Origin: Candidatus Jacksonbacteria bacterium RIFCSPLOWO2_02_FULL_44_20
GTDB lineage: Bacteria > Patescibacteriota > Patescibacteriia > UBA9629
Direction: 5' to 3'
Assembly: GCA_001818155.1 (NCBI GenBank)
Contig: MHJU01000017.1
Span: forward strand, 1 to 63,475
DNA: 63,475 nucleotides
Shown piece after piece: positions 9,050-18,497 of this stretch. Position 1 is the stretch's first letter. Each line of letters starts with the position of its first letter. The notes below the pieces were generated by a model that was given only the letters and a program-made list of their open reading frames with translations, was not told the DNA's origin and made no database searches. Position numbers and translations under genes: made by a program.

Positions 9050-9343
9050 TTAAGGAATTGTTGGGCTAGTGAAGAATGTAACCAGCGCGGAAAGGACGAT
9101 TTTCATAACCGGTAAAATTTGAGTTGTTGTGAGAGCAACACCAACGATCGTTAGCCAAAAAATTCTTTTCTGCAATTTCTCATTTTTTTCATCAAGATTA
9201 ATGATGGTCTCTCGCAACTTATTTAATGTACGTCTGGTCAGTTCATCAGAGGCAAGGTTGCCACCACGAAAATCAAGTTCATTTATCATGTACATCAAGT
9301 GCTCATCCGTATCGTCTTGTAATTTGGGGTGAAAATTACTCAT
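9050..9343 (-). CDS. Hypothetical protein with C-terminal TM helix
   Basis: ORF only. Coiled-coil-like N-terminus. Hydrophobic segment WLTIVGVALTTTQILPVMKIVLSALVTFF. Confidence 0.4.
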   Translation of the reverse strand: MSNFHPKLQDDTDEHLMYMINELDFRGGNLASDELTRRTLNKLRETIINLDEKNEKLQKRIFWLTIVGVALTTTQILPVMKIVLSALVTFFTSPTIP

Positions 9344-9363
9344 CCAGACAATTTTTTGGTCGA

Positions 9364-9960
9364 TTACTCTCCATTTTCAAATCTTCTCCTGCGTTGATCA
9401 AGCGTTTCACCATCGTACATCCAATAAAGCGCTCCTGAAACTCGGCAATCATATCCGAGAATTTTTTGCGCGGAAAGCGCAAGACTTGTTCTTTCTCCAT
9501 TAAACTCAACCCACCTATTATCTAAAACTTTTGCTTTCTTACTTTCATCGCGCTTAAAGACAAGCTCCGCTCCAATAGGAATATCAACCATCTTAAAGTT
9601 AAATGCTGCTCGTCTTTCTTTGGCACGACTTAAGGCTTTCTGGTCTTCTTGCGATTCCGTATAAACTTGTCGCGGAGTGACATCTTTTATCGCCTTCGCG
9701 CGCAAAGCGGCCGCCACCGACTCAGGCGACACTTCAAAAAATTCACGTTCGCTACTTACTCGCCATTGATCAAAAATTTCAAAAAGCCACTCTTCAACAT
9801 CTTTACTATTAGGAACTGTACAGGCATAAAAACATTCAAACGGCAATGGCACCTGAGTCCTGTACAATGTCCGCATCCGTTGTTCAAGATTCTTTGTTTT
9901 GCCTATCTTCACATAGCCGGGCATCGCTTCGTTTATGAGAATGTAGATAATTTCATTCAT
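9364..9960 (-). CDS. GIY-YIG / T5orf172-type domain protein
   Basis: IYILINEAMPGYVKIGKTKNLEQRMRTL is the characteristic T5orf172 / GIY-YIG-like N-terminus. Confidence 0.6.
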   Translation of the reverse strand: MNEIIYILINEAMPGYVKIGKTKNLEQRMRTLYRTQVPLPFECFYACTVPNSKDVEEWLFEIFDQWRVSSEREFFEVSPESVAAALRAKAIKDVTPRQVYTESQEDQKALSRAKERRAAFNFKMVDIPIGAELVFKRDESKKAKVLDNRWVEFNGERTSLALSAQKILGYDCRVSGALYWMYDGETLDQRRRRFENGE

Positions 9961-10012
9961 ATTTCTCTATTTTTTTATTACTTCAAAAAAGTAGCCCTTC
10001 TTTTTGAAAATT

Positions 10013-10102
10013 TGGCGGAAGGGGTGGGATTCGAACCCACGTCCCGATTGCTCGGAAACGGCTTTTCGAGAGCCGCGCCTTCAACCGCTCGGCCACCCTT
10101 CC
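10013..10102 (-). tRNA. tRNA-Ser (anticodon CGA), long variable arm, encoded CCA
   Basis: The reverse complement folds as acceptor GGAAGGG/CCCTTCC, anticodon stem CGGCT/AGCCG with loop CTCGAAA, T-arm GTGGG-TTCGAAT-CCCAC and 3' GCCA. Confidence 0.9.
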
Positions 10103-10139
10103 ATTTCAATGAAAAACATACCGCTAAAGCATTAAAAAA

Positions 10140-12287
10140 TCAACGCTCCACGCGCAAAGTTCCCTCCCAAAAATCCTTGCCGTTTAAGTTTATAATCTCT
10201 TTTTTGTCAGTCATAAACAAAGAGAGGCGATATGTATGCGCGGCAAGAAGAGCGCGATCGGTTTTGAGAGTGAAACGAAAGACAGCAGTCTCGCCGGGGA
10301 GGATCGCGTCTTTTTTCGGATCCAAAGATACAGAGGCGGTTTCTATATCCAGCCAATCAGAAGCATCGTAAAACGGGCTTGCGCCGCCTTCGCTAGTTGA
10401 AACTTTCAAACCGGTTTTTCGCCTGATCCATGGTTTTGATCCATCGTTTTTAATCCGCACTTCAACTTTAACAGGCGTTTTCCCTTGTTTAATTTTTGAC
10501 GGAATCGTGTGCGAGACGATGCGCGCCTTGTAATCCGGTTCTTTTACAAAAACTCGCGTCTGATACAGCCCGCCTTTTACTTCAGAGCCGTCTTTTGTAT
10601 ACAATTGAAAAGTCAGGGTCGCGTCTCCTTTAGTTTCTAAAATTAAAGGCACGGCAAAGGTATGCGCGACGTCTTTGGGCACTATGTCGTTATTCTCTTT
10701 CCGAGTTTGCGTTTCTTTGATAAGCAGATACACATCGCCTTTTCCCCACTGCGCATCGCTTTTATTCTTAAAACGAACGGGAACAACAAAACTCGCTCCG
10801 GAAATGACTGATTGCGGAGATTCAGCGTTCACCCATAATGCGCGCGGAGTTGTCGCGACAACAGGTAGAGTTATAGGAACGATCTTACCGTTTCGCTCAT
10901 ATGATCCGGTTGCAATCGTCTCTCCTATCTTATGAAGCGCAATAACCTCCGTAGAAACTTCAACTACATCTGAAAGTTTTTGCTCGCCAAAAAGCGCGAT
11001 AAAATCCTGAACGCTTGCGATTGGCCGCAGAATGCCGCGCGATACGATGTAAAACACTCCTTCGCGCGACTTGATGAATTTTCCCTCATTGATTTTTTGC
11101 GGCGTTCCGGCGTAATATCGCGCGAGCTCCTCGCGAGTAATGTCGCCCGGCGCGAGGTTCGGATAATTTAACGCCGTGATCTCGGAATGCACCGGGTACT
11201 TAAATCCGTTTTGAATAAAATAAAACTCGCCATTTGTCGCTTTCACTAGCGCTCCTTGCGGATAGACCTCGTCTTTTGTAATTTGAACCGCGGGCGGATA
11301 CGAAGAGAGTTCATTTGAATTTACGGTTTCCACTTCTTCAGGATTAAATCCGAGAAGGCGGAATGTTTCATCGCCATCAATTTTTCTTTTGCGGCCGTTA
11401 ACGAGAAGGTACCGTTCACCAGTTTCATCCTGCACAAGAGAATAGTTTGAAAATTTAATTTCATGGCCGTCCGGATATTCTTCTAAAACTGCGCCTGAAA
11501 TCGTTATCGCGTCCCGGCTGTCTCGCTCCGAGAAAAATACAGAGGAAGAGCCGTACCGCCGTTTCGCGCCTCCGTCAATCAGCCAATACGAATTCCCGTC
11601 AGTCAAAACCGAGCCGTCCGGATACAAAAGCGATCCCCAGTACTGGTCCCAGAGTTTTGCGAAAAAATAGTTGCCGCCGATGTTATTGCCGGCGCCTCCG
11701 CGATACGGCGTATAATTATACAAGTTTGCGGTTGCCTGATTTACAGGCGTGATCGTAAAACCGTCTTGTGTCTTGAATATCTGCCCTTTCGCCCGGATAC
11801 CGCCTCTGCCTGCTTTGCGGATATAATCATTTTGGACACTGGCAAGAGCCTCAACCTGACGCGCAAACCCCTTGTATTTTTGAATTTTCGGATCTTTAAT
11901 ATTGCATCCGTCGCATACTCCAAACCCGGCGGCAAAATCAAGGGCTTTTTGAAGTTTCACAGGATCTTTATGATAACTACATCCGCGCACCAGGCATTGC
12001 TCATGATCAAGTTTTGTTAAAATAAACTTCGGGCTGATGCCGTTTACTTGCGCGGCGGTATGTATAATTTCAGCCGCGTTTTTTAGAACTCCGTCAACTG
12101 TATCGGAATAATTTTTGAGCGCGCTCTCATGTTTCTCTAAAAATGACTGTATCGCGCTTAGCGACATTGAATCTTTGTCTTTGAGCTCAAAATCGGTGAT
12201 GATGTTGTCGGGATTGAATGTAAAGGCGCGCGCGGAAAATACCGGAACAAAAATTAAAAAAAGAAAAAATACTATAAATCGTTTCAT
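10140..12287 (-). CDS. Secreted multi-domain surface protein (four ~55-aa repeats, C-terminal Ig-like modules)
   Basis: Start set at internal ATG (M98), which gives the signal peptide MKRFIVFFLFLIFVPVFSARA. The upstream extension overlaps the flippase gene. Repeat modules are shared with ORF 38165..39607. Confidence 0.6.
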   Translation of the reverse strand: MKRFIVFFLFLIFVPVFSARAFTFNPDNIITDFELKDKDSMSLSAIQSFLEKHESALKNYSDTVDGVLKNAAEIIHTAAQVNGISPKFILTKLDHEQCLVRGCSYHKDPVKLQKALDFAAGFGVCDGCNIKDPKIQKYKGFARQVEALASVQNDYIRKAGRGGIRAKGQIFKTQDGFTITPVNQATANLYNYTPYRGGAGNNIGGNYFFAKLWDQYWGSLLYPDGSVLTDGNSYWLIDGGAKRRYGSSSVFFSERDSRDAITISGAVLEEYPDGHEIKFSNYSLVQDETGERYLLVNGRKRKIDGDETFRLLGFNPEEVETVNSNELSSYPPAVQITKDEVYPQGALVKATNGEFYFIQNGFKYPVHSEITALNYPNLAPGDITREELARYYAGTPQKINEGKFIKSREGVFYIVSRGILRPIASVQDFIALFGEQKLSDVVEVSTEVIALHKIGETIATGSYERNGKIVPITLPVVATTPRALWVNAESPQSVISGASFVVPVRFKNKSDAQWGKGDVYLLIKETQTRKENNDIVPKDVAHTFAVPLILETKGDATLTFQLYTKDGSEVKGGLYQTRVFVKEPDYKARIVSHTIPSKIKQGKTPVKVEVRIKNDGSKPWIRRKTGLKVSTSEGGASPFYDASDWLDIETASVSLDPKKDAILPGETAVFRFTLKTDRALLAAHTYRLSLFMTDKKEIINLNGKDFWEGTLRVER

Positions 12288-12298
12288 AAAAAATAATC

Positions 12299-13735
12299 TC
12301 AAAACCTCATCACTTCTCTCACTGTCTCCTTCTTCACTCCTCCGATTGCGTATAAAATTCCTCCGTATAAAACTAATGAAAGCGGGAGGGCGATGAAAAG
12401 CGAAGCGTTGTGGAACACCCCGTTTGCGGGGCGGATAAAGTAGAGAGCGCCTGCCATTAGTATAGCAGAGATGATGGACTTCACCAACACGGAAACGCGC
12501 GGGACAAAATGAGTTTTTTTCCATACGACAACAAACGCCGCGGAAAACATGACTACCTCTCCTAATGCGGTGAGCCATGCGGCGGCAAAGTAGGAATAGC
12601 GCGGAATAAGCGCGATGTTAAGAACGATCATAAAGGCCGCCAAAATCGCGTAGTATTTTATCATTGTTTTTTGCGAGGAAACTGTGATAACTGTATGGGC
12701 AAAAATGGAGCCGATAAACATCATATACACTCCGATCATTAAAATAGAGAGCACCGGCGCTGACGGAAGAAACTCGCTTCCGCCCAAAAGAAGCACGATT
12801 GATTTTGCAAGAACCGGGGTGCCAAAAATGAGAGGCGCGCTCATAATAGCAAGCGCGTCAAACCCGCTTTGCATGTGAAAACGAAATGCCTCCTTACTTC
12901 CGCGTCCGTACGCGTCGTTCAAAATGGGAAAGAGAAGCCCCATAAATACGAGCGGCAAAGTAACGAGCGTTTCTATAATTCTATAAGGCATGCCGTAAAT
13001 GCCGACCTCGTAATCGGACACGTACCACGAAAGGATAATTGAATCTGCCTTAAAGTAGAGAAGATGAAACCAGATGCACACGGCAACCGGCCATGTGCGC
13101 GAGAGCACGCCTATAATGTATGAGGCGTCAACGCGCCATGTGAAGTCAATATATTTTCGCGCCAAAAGCCATGAGAGAAAAAATTGAGCGCAATTGCCGG
13201 CGACAACAGTGATGGTGAGCGGCACAAGCCCGACCTGAAAGCGCATCATGAGGATTGTCGCAAGAAGAAGAACGCCTCGTCCGATGATCTCGGAGAGGGC
13301 AGAGCGGGAGGAGACAAGATGTTTTTGAAAAACCGTCTGAAAAATCTGCGAAAGCCAGATAAATATATTGGAAAACGACATCAAAAATATCCCGAGCCGT
13401 ATCGCGGATTCGTACGGAGCGACGAGCGCAACCGCCGCCATGATAAGAAGATACATCGCGTTTAAGTACATCCTGAACATGAAATGCTGGCTTAGAACGT
13501 GATTTGATTCGCGCTTCGGGTGCGAAATGTCGTTTAAGACGATTAAGTATAGCCCAAGGTCGCCGATAATGCCTGAAAGCTGAACTATCGTGAGGATAAT
13601 GTGAAACTTGCCGTACTCGGAGGGTCCGAGGTATCGGAAAAGAAGCGTTGAGGCAAAGAGAGCAAGCACAGTGCCGACTGCCTTTCCGATAAATTGAATG
13701 AGCGTGTTGTGGGCAAGCGCGCGCGTGGTGGACAT
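12299..13735 (-). CDS. Polysaccharide/oligosaccharide flippase (MOP/Wzx family)
   Basis: About 12-14 TM helices. The N-terminus NTLIQFIGKAVGTVLALFASTLLFRYLGPSEYGKF is typical of Wzx-like proteins. Confidence 0.7.
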   Translation of the reverse strand: MSTTRALAHNTLIQFIGKAVGTVLALFASTLLFRYLGPSEYGKFHIILTIVQLSGIIGDLGLYLIVLNDISHPKRESNHVLSQHFMFRMYLNAMYLLIMAAVALVAPYESAIRLGIFLMSFSNIFIWLSQIFQTVFQKHLVSSRSALSEIIGRGVLLLATILMMRFQVGLVPLTITVVAGNCAQFFLSWLLARKYIDFTWRVDASYIIGVLSRTWPVAVCIWFHLLYFKADSIILSWYVSDYEVGIYGMPYRIIETLVTLPLVFMGLLFPILNDAYGRGSKEAFRFHMQSGFDALAIMSAPLIFGTPVLAKSIVLLLGGSEFLPSAPVLSILMIGVYMMFIGSIFAHTVITVSSQKTMIKYYAILAAFMIVLNIALIPRYSYFAAAWLTALGEVVMFSAAFVVVWKKTHFVPRVSVLVKSIISAILMAGALYFIRPANGVFHNASLFIALPLSLVLYGGILYAIGGVKKETVREVMRF

Positions 13736-13749
13736 AAGTTTTGCAAAGA

Positions 13750-13778
13750 ATCATAGGATAAAAGCGCAGAGTTCGCAA
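13750..13778 (-). promoter_or_regulatory. Putative sigma70-type promoter of the flippase gene
   Basis: The minus strand reads TTGCGA-N17-TATGAT, ending 14 nt before the ATG at 13735. Confidence 0.3.
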
Positions 13779-13892
13779 CTTTTGTCCGATGTGGTATCAT
13801 GCATGGCTGTAGAATAAAATGAGTATAAAATTATATTTCTGTTTGACAGTTCGCTAGTTAACAAGTGAATTTTCAGACGGAATTGTTCAACT

Positions 13893-15170
13893 ATGTCAAA
13901 AGCGTTAATTCTAGCAATCGTTTTTGTGGCGATCGCCGTTATACTGAACGCCGGGTATCAATACCGAAAACCTGCCGAGAATAAAAAAACCGCCGACTCT
14001 TCCGTCTTCCAAAGCGCAAACGGCAAAGCATATAACGCGGGATTGAAAATCTTTGATTTCCCTTATGTGAATTCCAAAGGGAACAGGGAAAACATAACGA
14101 ACGCGGTTTGGTATCCAACAGAAGAAAAAGCAAAGCCGTACACGTATGAGACGTCGCAATCCTACAAGGGCTCGGTTGCCTTTAATGCGGCGACGATTGC
14201 AAAAGGCGGTCCGTATCCGCTCGTTATTTACGTCCATGGCGGTTTTGCAAGCGGATATTCCGCCGCGTATTTTGGAGAGCATCTTGCCCGCGCCGGCTAC
14301 ATCGTTGCCGCTCCTGATTTTATTGACACATTGCCTCCGTCCTACACCGAGCCGATCGCGTTTTCAACGATTAAGGGAGGCAAAGAGTCGTCTATGACGG
14401 AGGTGTTCGCGGCGGCAAAACAGTGGATTGCGGATATGAACAATGATCGCGAGTTTTTTCTCGCGTACTTGGCGGAGCATCGGCTGAATCATTTCTCGTT
14501 CGTGATTGACAAAATGATTGAAGAGAACAGAAAAAGCGGCGCGTTGTTTTATGGGGCAATCAATGAAAGCGCGATCGGCGCGTTTGGACATTCTGAAGGC
14601 GGCATCACGGTTCTTGGAAAAATCGGAGCGCATCCGACGAGCGCGTTTCGGGACAGCCGCGTGAAAGCCGCGTTAATTTTTTCAGCTCCAGCCGCGCCGT
14701 TTGAACAGACGCTGAACCAGATAGCGGTTCCGATTATGGTAATGGTCGGCGACGACGACCGCGCCGCGCTGGGACCCGACCTCCCGCGCCGCATCATTTA
14801 TAATGAAGCCAGCACGCCAAAATACCACATAGTGGTAAAAGACGCGGACCACTTCACCTTCGGCAATCCTTCGCGGTTGTCTGTTTTCAAAGGCGGCGGC
14901 AAAAAAACCGAAAGCATAAAACGCTACGGCACGGCGTTTTTTAACGTTTATTTAAAAAATGACGCGGCGTCGGAAAACGCGCTTCAAAAAACCGACCCGG
15001 CGTGGGCCTACTATATTAAAGAAGAAAAACTCGGGGATATAAAAGAATGGGGCGTTGAGCCGGAACAGCCAAGCGCAAACGAACCGCCTCTTGGCATCGG
15101 CGGCGGCGAAGCGCGCAACTCAATCCGCGAGCGCATCATGAAAAGGATACTGGAAAAATTTAAGAGATGA
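13893..15170 (+). CDS. Membrane-anchored alpha/beta hydrolase (lipase / PAF-acetylhydrolase / dienelactone-hydrolase-like)
   Basis: N-terminal TM helix. Nucleophile elbow GHSEGG. VYVHGG oxyanion-type motif. Confidence 0.6.
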   Translation: MSKALILAIVFVAIAVILNAGYQYRKPAENKKTADSSVFQSANGKAYNAGLKIFDFPYVNSKGNRENITNAVWYPTEEKAKPYTYETSQSYKGSVAFNAATIAKGGPYPLVIYVHGGFASGYSAAYFGEHLARAGYIVAAPDFIDTLPPSYTEPIAFSTIKGGKESSMTEVFAAAKQWIADMNNDREFFLAYLAEHRLNHFSFVIDKMIEENRKSGALFYGAINESAIGAFGHSEGGITVLGKIGAHPTSAFRDSRVKAALIFSAPAAPFEQTLNQIAVPIMVMVGDDDRAALGPDLPRRIIYNEASTPKYHIVVKDADHFTFGNPSRLSVFKGGGKKTESIKRYGTAFFNVYLKNDAASENALQKTDPAWAYYIKEEKLGDIKEWGVEPEQPSANEPPLGIGGGEARNSIRERIMKRILEKFKR

Positions 15171-15301
15171 ATTTTGCCGATATACGTTTTGACACGAGCG
15201 CCGCGGCTGTGATAAAAGAAGGATGAAAAACCGTTTTATAATCACTTCGATGTTGACAACCCATTTTATGCGATCTAGGATGAGATTGAGATAAAAATTT
15301 T

Positions 15302-15514
15302 ATGACTATCATTACAGCGCAAAAAATTAAAAACCAGGTGAAAACAGAACTGGTTGAAGAACTCATCAAACCGCTTCTTCTACATCTCCTCTATGATGCA
15401 AAAGATGATGAAGGAGAATATCGCCCTGAATTTGTTGAAGATGTCTTGCACGCCTTATATGAACCTAGATTAGGAAAATATAGCGCAAAAGAGCTGAATC
15501 AACTGATTGGCTGA
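15302..15514 (+). CDS. Putative antitoxin of the RelE-type pair
   Basis: 70-aa acidic ORF that overlaps the downstream RelE-like gene by 8 nt. A possible TTGACA-N17-TAGGAT promoter lies at 15253-15281. Confidence 0.45.
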   Translation: MTIITAQKIKNQVKTELVEELIKPLLLHLLYDAKDDEGEYRPEFVEDVLHALYEPRLGKYSAKELNQLIG

Positions 15515-15782
15515 TATGTACACACTTTCCCCGACGAGGAGATATGTCGATGCGGCAAAAAAATTCAACGAAAAAACAAAAGAAAAACTGAAGGCACAAC
15601 ACGAACTACTCGCAGAAAATCCTTTTCACCCATCACTGCGTACAAAACCGCTCAAAGGAAAGTTAAGAGGAATATTTTCTTTCCGTATTGGGAGAGACCG
15701 AAGAGGACTTTTTGCGATTAACACGCAAGACAAAATCATAGAACTGTTGCGCCTTGATTGGAGAAGTAGGATTTACCAGTGA
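15507..15782 (+). CDS. RelE/StbE-family mRNA-interferase toxin
   Basis: PSLRTKPLKGKLRGIFSFRIGRDRRGLFAINTQDKIIELLRLDWRSRIY matches the RelE/ParE pattern. Confidence 0.7.
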   Translation: MADMYTLSPTRRYVDAAKKFNEKTKEKLKAQHELLAENPFHPSLRTKPLKGKLRGIFSFRIGRDRRGLFAINTQDKIIELLRLDWRSRIYQ

Positions 15783-15850
15783 TATTAACTCGTTCTTTTC
15801 TCGCAAAACCCATATATCTGCGACAAAGGACGAGATTTTTATTTCTTCAC

Positions 15851-17200
15851 ATGACCTCGTTGTCCCTCCCGCAAAAACCAACCTATCTACCGTTCCGCGA
15901 TACAACCGATTTTTACGGGCTCTTTCAAAAGATACATGAGCACACTGATATGTGCTTTCTTTTTGAATCCCTCGGGGACGAAAGCGCGCTCTCGCGATAT
16001 TCTATTATAGGATTTTCGCCGGAACATATTCTGCGAGCCAGCGGAAATACTTTGACGACAGACCGAGAGACAACAAAAGTCGCAAACGCATATCACGCCC
16101 TTCGCGAAATAACGCCGCAAAATGTTCTCTCGCGCGCGTATTGCGGAGGGCTTGTCGGATACTTGGGATACGACGCGGTAAACTACTCTGAACCCGCGCT
16201 TAAAATCCGCTCTCATCCGTCATTCCCGACGCTTATTTTTGGCGCCTACACCGACGGGCTTGTTTCTGATAAAATGACCGGCGAAATTTTTTATTTTTTC
16301 TATACTAAAAATCGGCTACAGTTTATAAAACGCATCTCCAGACTCGGACTCAAAAAAACTCGCGTTCGTATCCGCAGTCTTGGAGATACTCTCACAAAAG
16401 AAGCGCACAAAAAACTTGTTCTAGCGGTGAAAGAAGAGATCGTCTCCGGCAATACCTTTCAGTGTGAAATCGGATTCAAGACAGAATATGAAATCCGCGG
16501 CTCTCCACTTCCCATCTATACGGCTCTTCGGGAGGTGAACCCATCGCCATACATGTTTTATCTGAAATACGATGACGTCGCTCTCCTTGGCGCAAGTCCG
16601 GAACTCCTTTTTAGATTGGGTGATCGGGAAATGGAAACGTTTCCGCTTGCCGGCACAATTCGCCGCGGCAAAAACGCGAAGCAGGACATCGCGCTCGCTC
16701 GCATTCTCTTAAATGACCAAAAAGAAATCGCGGAACACAATATGTTGGTTGATCTCCACAGAAACGATCTTGGCCGCGTTGCCGAGTTTGGCACAGTGAA
16801 AGTGCGGCGCTTGATGGACATCAAAAAATTCAGCCACGTTCAGCATATTTCAAGCGAAATCGCTGGCATTATGAGACGCGGCGAGGACATGTTCTCCGGA
16901 CTTGCGGCGAACTTTCCCGCAGGCACGCTCTCCGGCGCGCCTAAGTTTGAATCCATGAAAATTATTGATCGGCTGGAAAACGCGCCGCGCGGGCCTTACG
17001 GAGGCGCTGTCGGGCACTTTGGCTTTAACGGCAATTGCACGTTTACAATTCCTATACGATCTTTTTTTGTCTCGGGCTCGTATGGGTATACGCAAAATGC
17101 GAGCGGAATCGTGCATGATTCGTCTCCGGAGCAAGAGTATGAAGAAGTGAAACGGAAAGGAGAGGCTATGAATAAAGTATTAAATGAATTCAAAACTTAA
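15851..17200 (+). CDS. trpE: Anthranilate synthase component I
   Basis: Motifs FQCEIGF, NPSPYMFY, LAGTIRRG and GPYGGAVGHFGFNG. Start set at internal ATG (M25). Confidence 0.85.
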   Translation: MTSLSLPQKPTYLPFRDTTDFYGLFQKIHEHTDMCFLFESLGDESALSRYSIIGFSPEHILRASGNTLTTDRETTKVANAYHALREITPQNVLSRAYCGGLVGYLGYDAVNYSEPALKIRSHPSFPTLIFGAYTDGLVSDKMTGEIFYFFYTKNRLQFIKRISRLGLKKTRVRIRSLGDTLTKEAHKKLVLAVKEEIVSGNTFQCEIGFKTEYEIRGSPLPIYTALREVNPSPYMFYLKYDDVALLGASPELLFRLGDREMETFPLAGTIRRGKNAKQDIALARILLNDQKEIAEHNMLVDLHRNDLGRVAEFGTVKVRRLMDIKKFSHVQHISSEIAGIMRRGEDMFSGLAANFPAGTLSGAPKFESMKIIDRLENAPRGPYGGAVGHFGFNGNCTFTIPIRSFFVSGSYGYTQNASGIVHDSSPEQEYEEVKRKGEAMNKVLNEFKT

Positions 17201-17201
17201 T

Positions 17202-17819
17202 ATGAAAATTCTCATTTTAGACAATTACGACTCTTTCACATACAACCTGTATCAGTATGTCGGCGAAATTTTGGCGGAACGCGGTTCGGTATTCGCGCTT
17301 GAGGTAAAACGAAACGACGAAACGACGCTTGAAGCAATTAAACGCGCGCGTTACGACCGAATCATTATTTCCCCAGGACCAGGCGACCCGGCAGATAAAA
17401 AATACTTTGGCGTGTGCGCCGATGTGTTGCTTGAACTTCCAAAAACAACCCGCATTTTGGGAGTGTGTCTTGGAATGCAGGGCATGGCGCACTATTACGG
17501 AGGAAAAATCGTCCCGGCGCGCGTTCCTATGCACGGCAAAACTAGCGTGATAACACACGACGGAAAAGGCCTGTTCAGAGGGCTTCCAGATCGCCTTCTA
17601 GTAATGCGGTATCATTCGCTTGTCGTTCAACCATCCTCGCTCCCGAAAGACTTTGAAATCACAGCGCGGACGATCCACTCTAATAAAAAAACAGAGCCGG
17701 AAATTATGGGGCTCCGTCATAAAAAATTATTACTGGAAGGCATTCAGTTTCACCCCGAATCGTTTGCGAGCGAAGGAGGAAAGCAGATGCTGAAAAATTT
17801 TTTGACAAATAAAAAATAG
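17202..17819 (+). CDS. trpG: Anthranilate synthase component II (glutamine amidotransferase)
   Basis: ILILDNYDSFTYNLYQY, GVCLGMQ (catalytic Cys) and QFHPES. Confidence 0.85.
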   Translation: MKILILDNYDSFTYNLYQYVGEILAERGSVFALEVKRNDETTLEAIKRARYDRIIISPGPGDPADKKYFGVCADVLLELPKTTRILGVCLGMQGMAHYYGGKIVPARVPMHGKTSVITHDGKGLFRGLPDRLLVMRYHSLVVQPSSLPKDFEITARTIHSNKKTEPEIMGLRHKKLLLEGIQFHPESFASEGGKQMLKNFLTNKK

Positions 17820-17857
17820 AGCCATTTAAGCTCTATGTATGTATGCCGCTTTTCATA

Positions 17858-18118
17858 CTACCGATACCCGCGCCCGCGGTGGAAAAAATCGTAGATATAA
17901 ACGGTTTTTGTTTCGGTGTTCACGGTATATGCGATGCGATACGGATGCATTTTATAGCGGTATCCAATCAGCGGCTTTTCAAGTTTCTTGATTTTTATAT
18001 AGGGTGTAAAAGGATTTTGACGGAATGCTTCAACAACCTTTTCAAAATCTCTGCGTACCTGAATTGGATATTTCAATAATGTTTTTTTAACTGCTTGGTG
18101 TATCTTAATGGTGTACAT
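17858..18118 (-). CDS. RelE/ParE-family toxin
   Basis: KIKKLEKPLIGYRYKMHPYRIAYTVNTETKTVYIYDFFHRGRGY. Confidence 0.7.
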   Translation of the reverse strand: MYTIKIHQAVKKTLLKYPIQVRRDFEKVVEAFRQNPFTPYIKIKKLEKPLIGYRYKMHPYRIAYTVNTETKTVYIYDFFHRGRGYR

Positions 18119-18131
18119 ATTTGATTATCAA

Positions 18132-18410
18132 TCACTCATCTTTAAATAACTCTTGTTTCACACTATCCCAATCTTCAAAATCAGATTCACTGCTTTCTTG
18201 TACCAACTTTTCTAACCGTTCCCCAATATAGATATCTTCCAGCTCGTCCATAAGTTCCTCATAGATGTTTGGTTTCAGGACAACGCCAACTGTTCGATTA
18301 CGGCTTAACACCAACGTAGGCTCTGCGTCGTCAAGCTCTTCAAAAATCTGACGCGCCTTCCGTTGAAGGTCGCTAATAGAAACCATTCTTGGTATAGTTC
18401 TAATACTCAT
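18132..18410 (-). CDS. Phd/YefM-type antitoxin
   Basis: VSISDLQRKARQIFEELDDAEPTLVLSRNRTVGVVL, with an acidic C-terminus. Start set at internal ATG (M16). Lies 13 nt upstream of the toxin. Confidence 0.6.
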   Translation of the reverse strand: MSIRTIPRMVSISDLQRKARQIFEELDDAEPTLVLSRNRTVGVVLKPNIYEELMDELEDIYIGERLEKLVQESSESDFEDWDSVKQELFKDE

Positions 18411-18497
18411 ATTATAAAGATCGGCTATGCAAAGACCTCTCCCAAGTATCTGCACGGTTGATCATATTTTTCTTCATATTAAACTATACATTTAAAT

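Noticed and set aside
12288-12578. N-terminal 97-aa extension of ORF 10140..12578.
   Set aside because: It overlaps the 3' end of the flippase gene and is Arg-rich and low-complexity. The internal ATG at 12287 yields a clean signal peptide.
13146-13778. 210-aa ORF, plus other 60-150-aa ORFs, lying antisense or out of frame inside long conserved genes. Examples: 230..640, 1483..1872, 9649..10371, 21567..21938, 24353..24855, 30041..30616, 34590..35024, 40726..41235, 50588..51175, 51362..51850, 58654..59103.
   Set aside because: They are shadow ORFs of well-supported genes on the opposite strand or in another frame. Their composition is Arg/Ser/Cys-rich or low-complexity, with no recognisable motifs.
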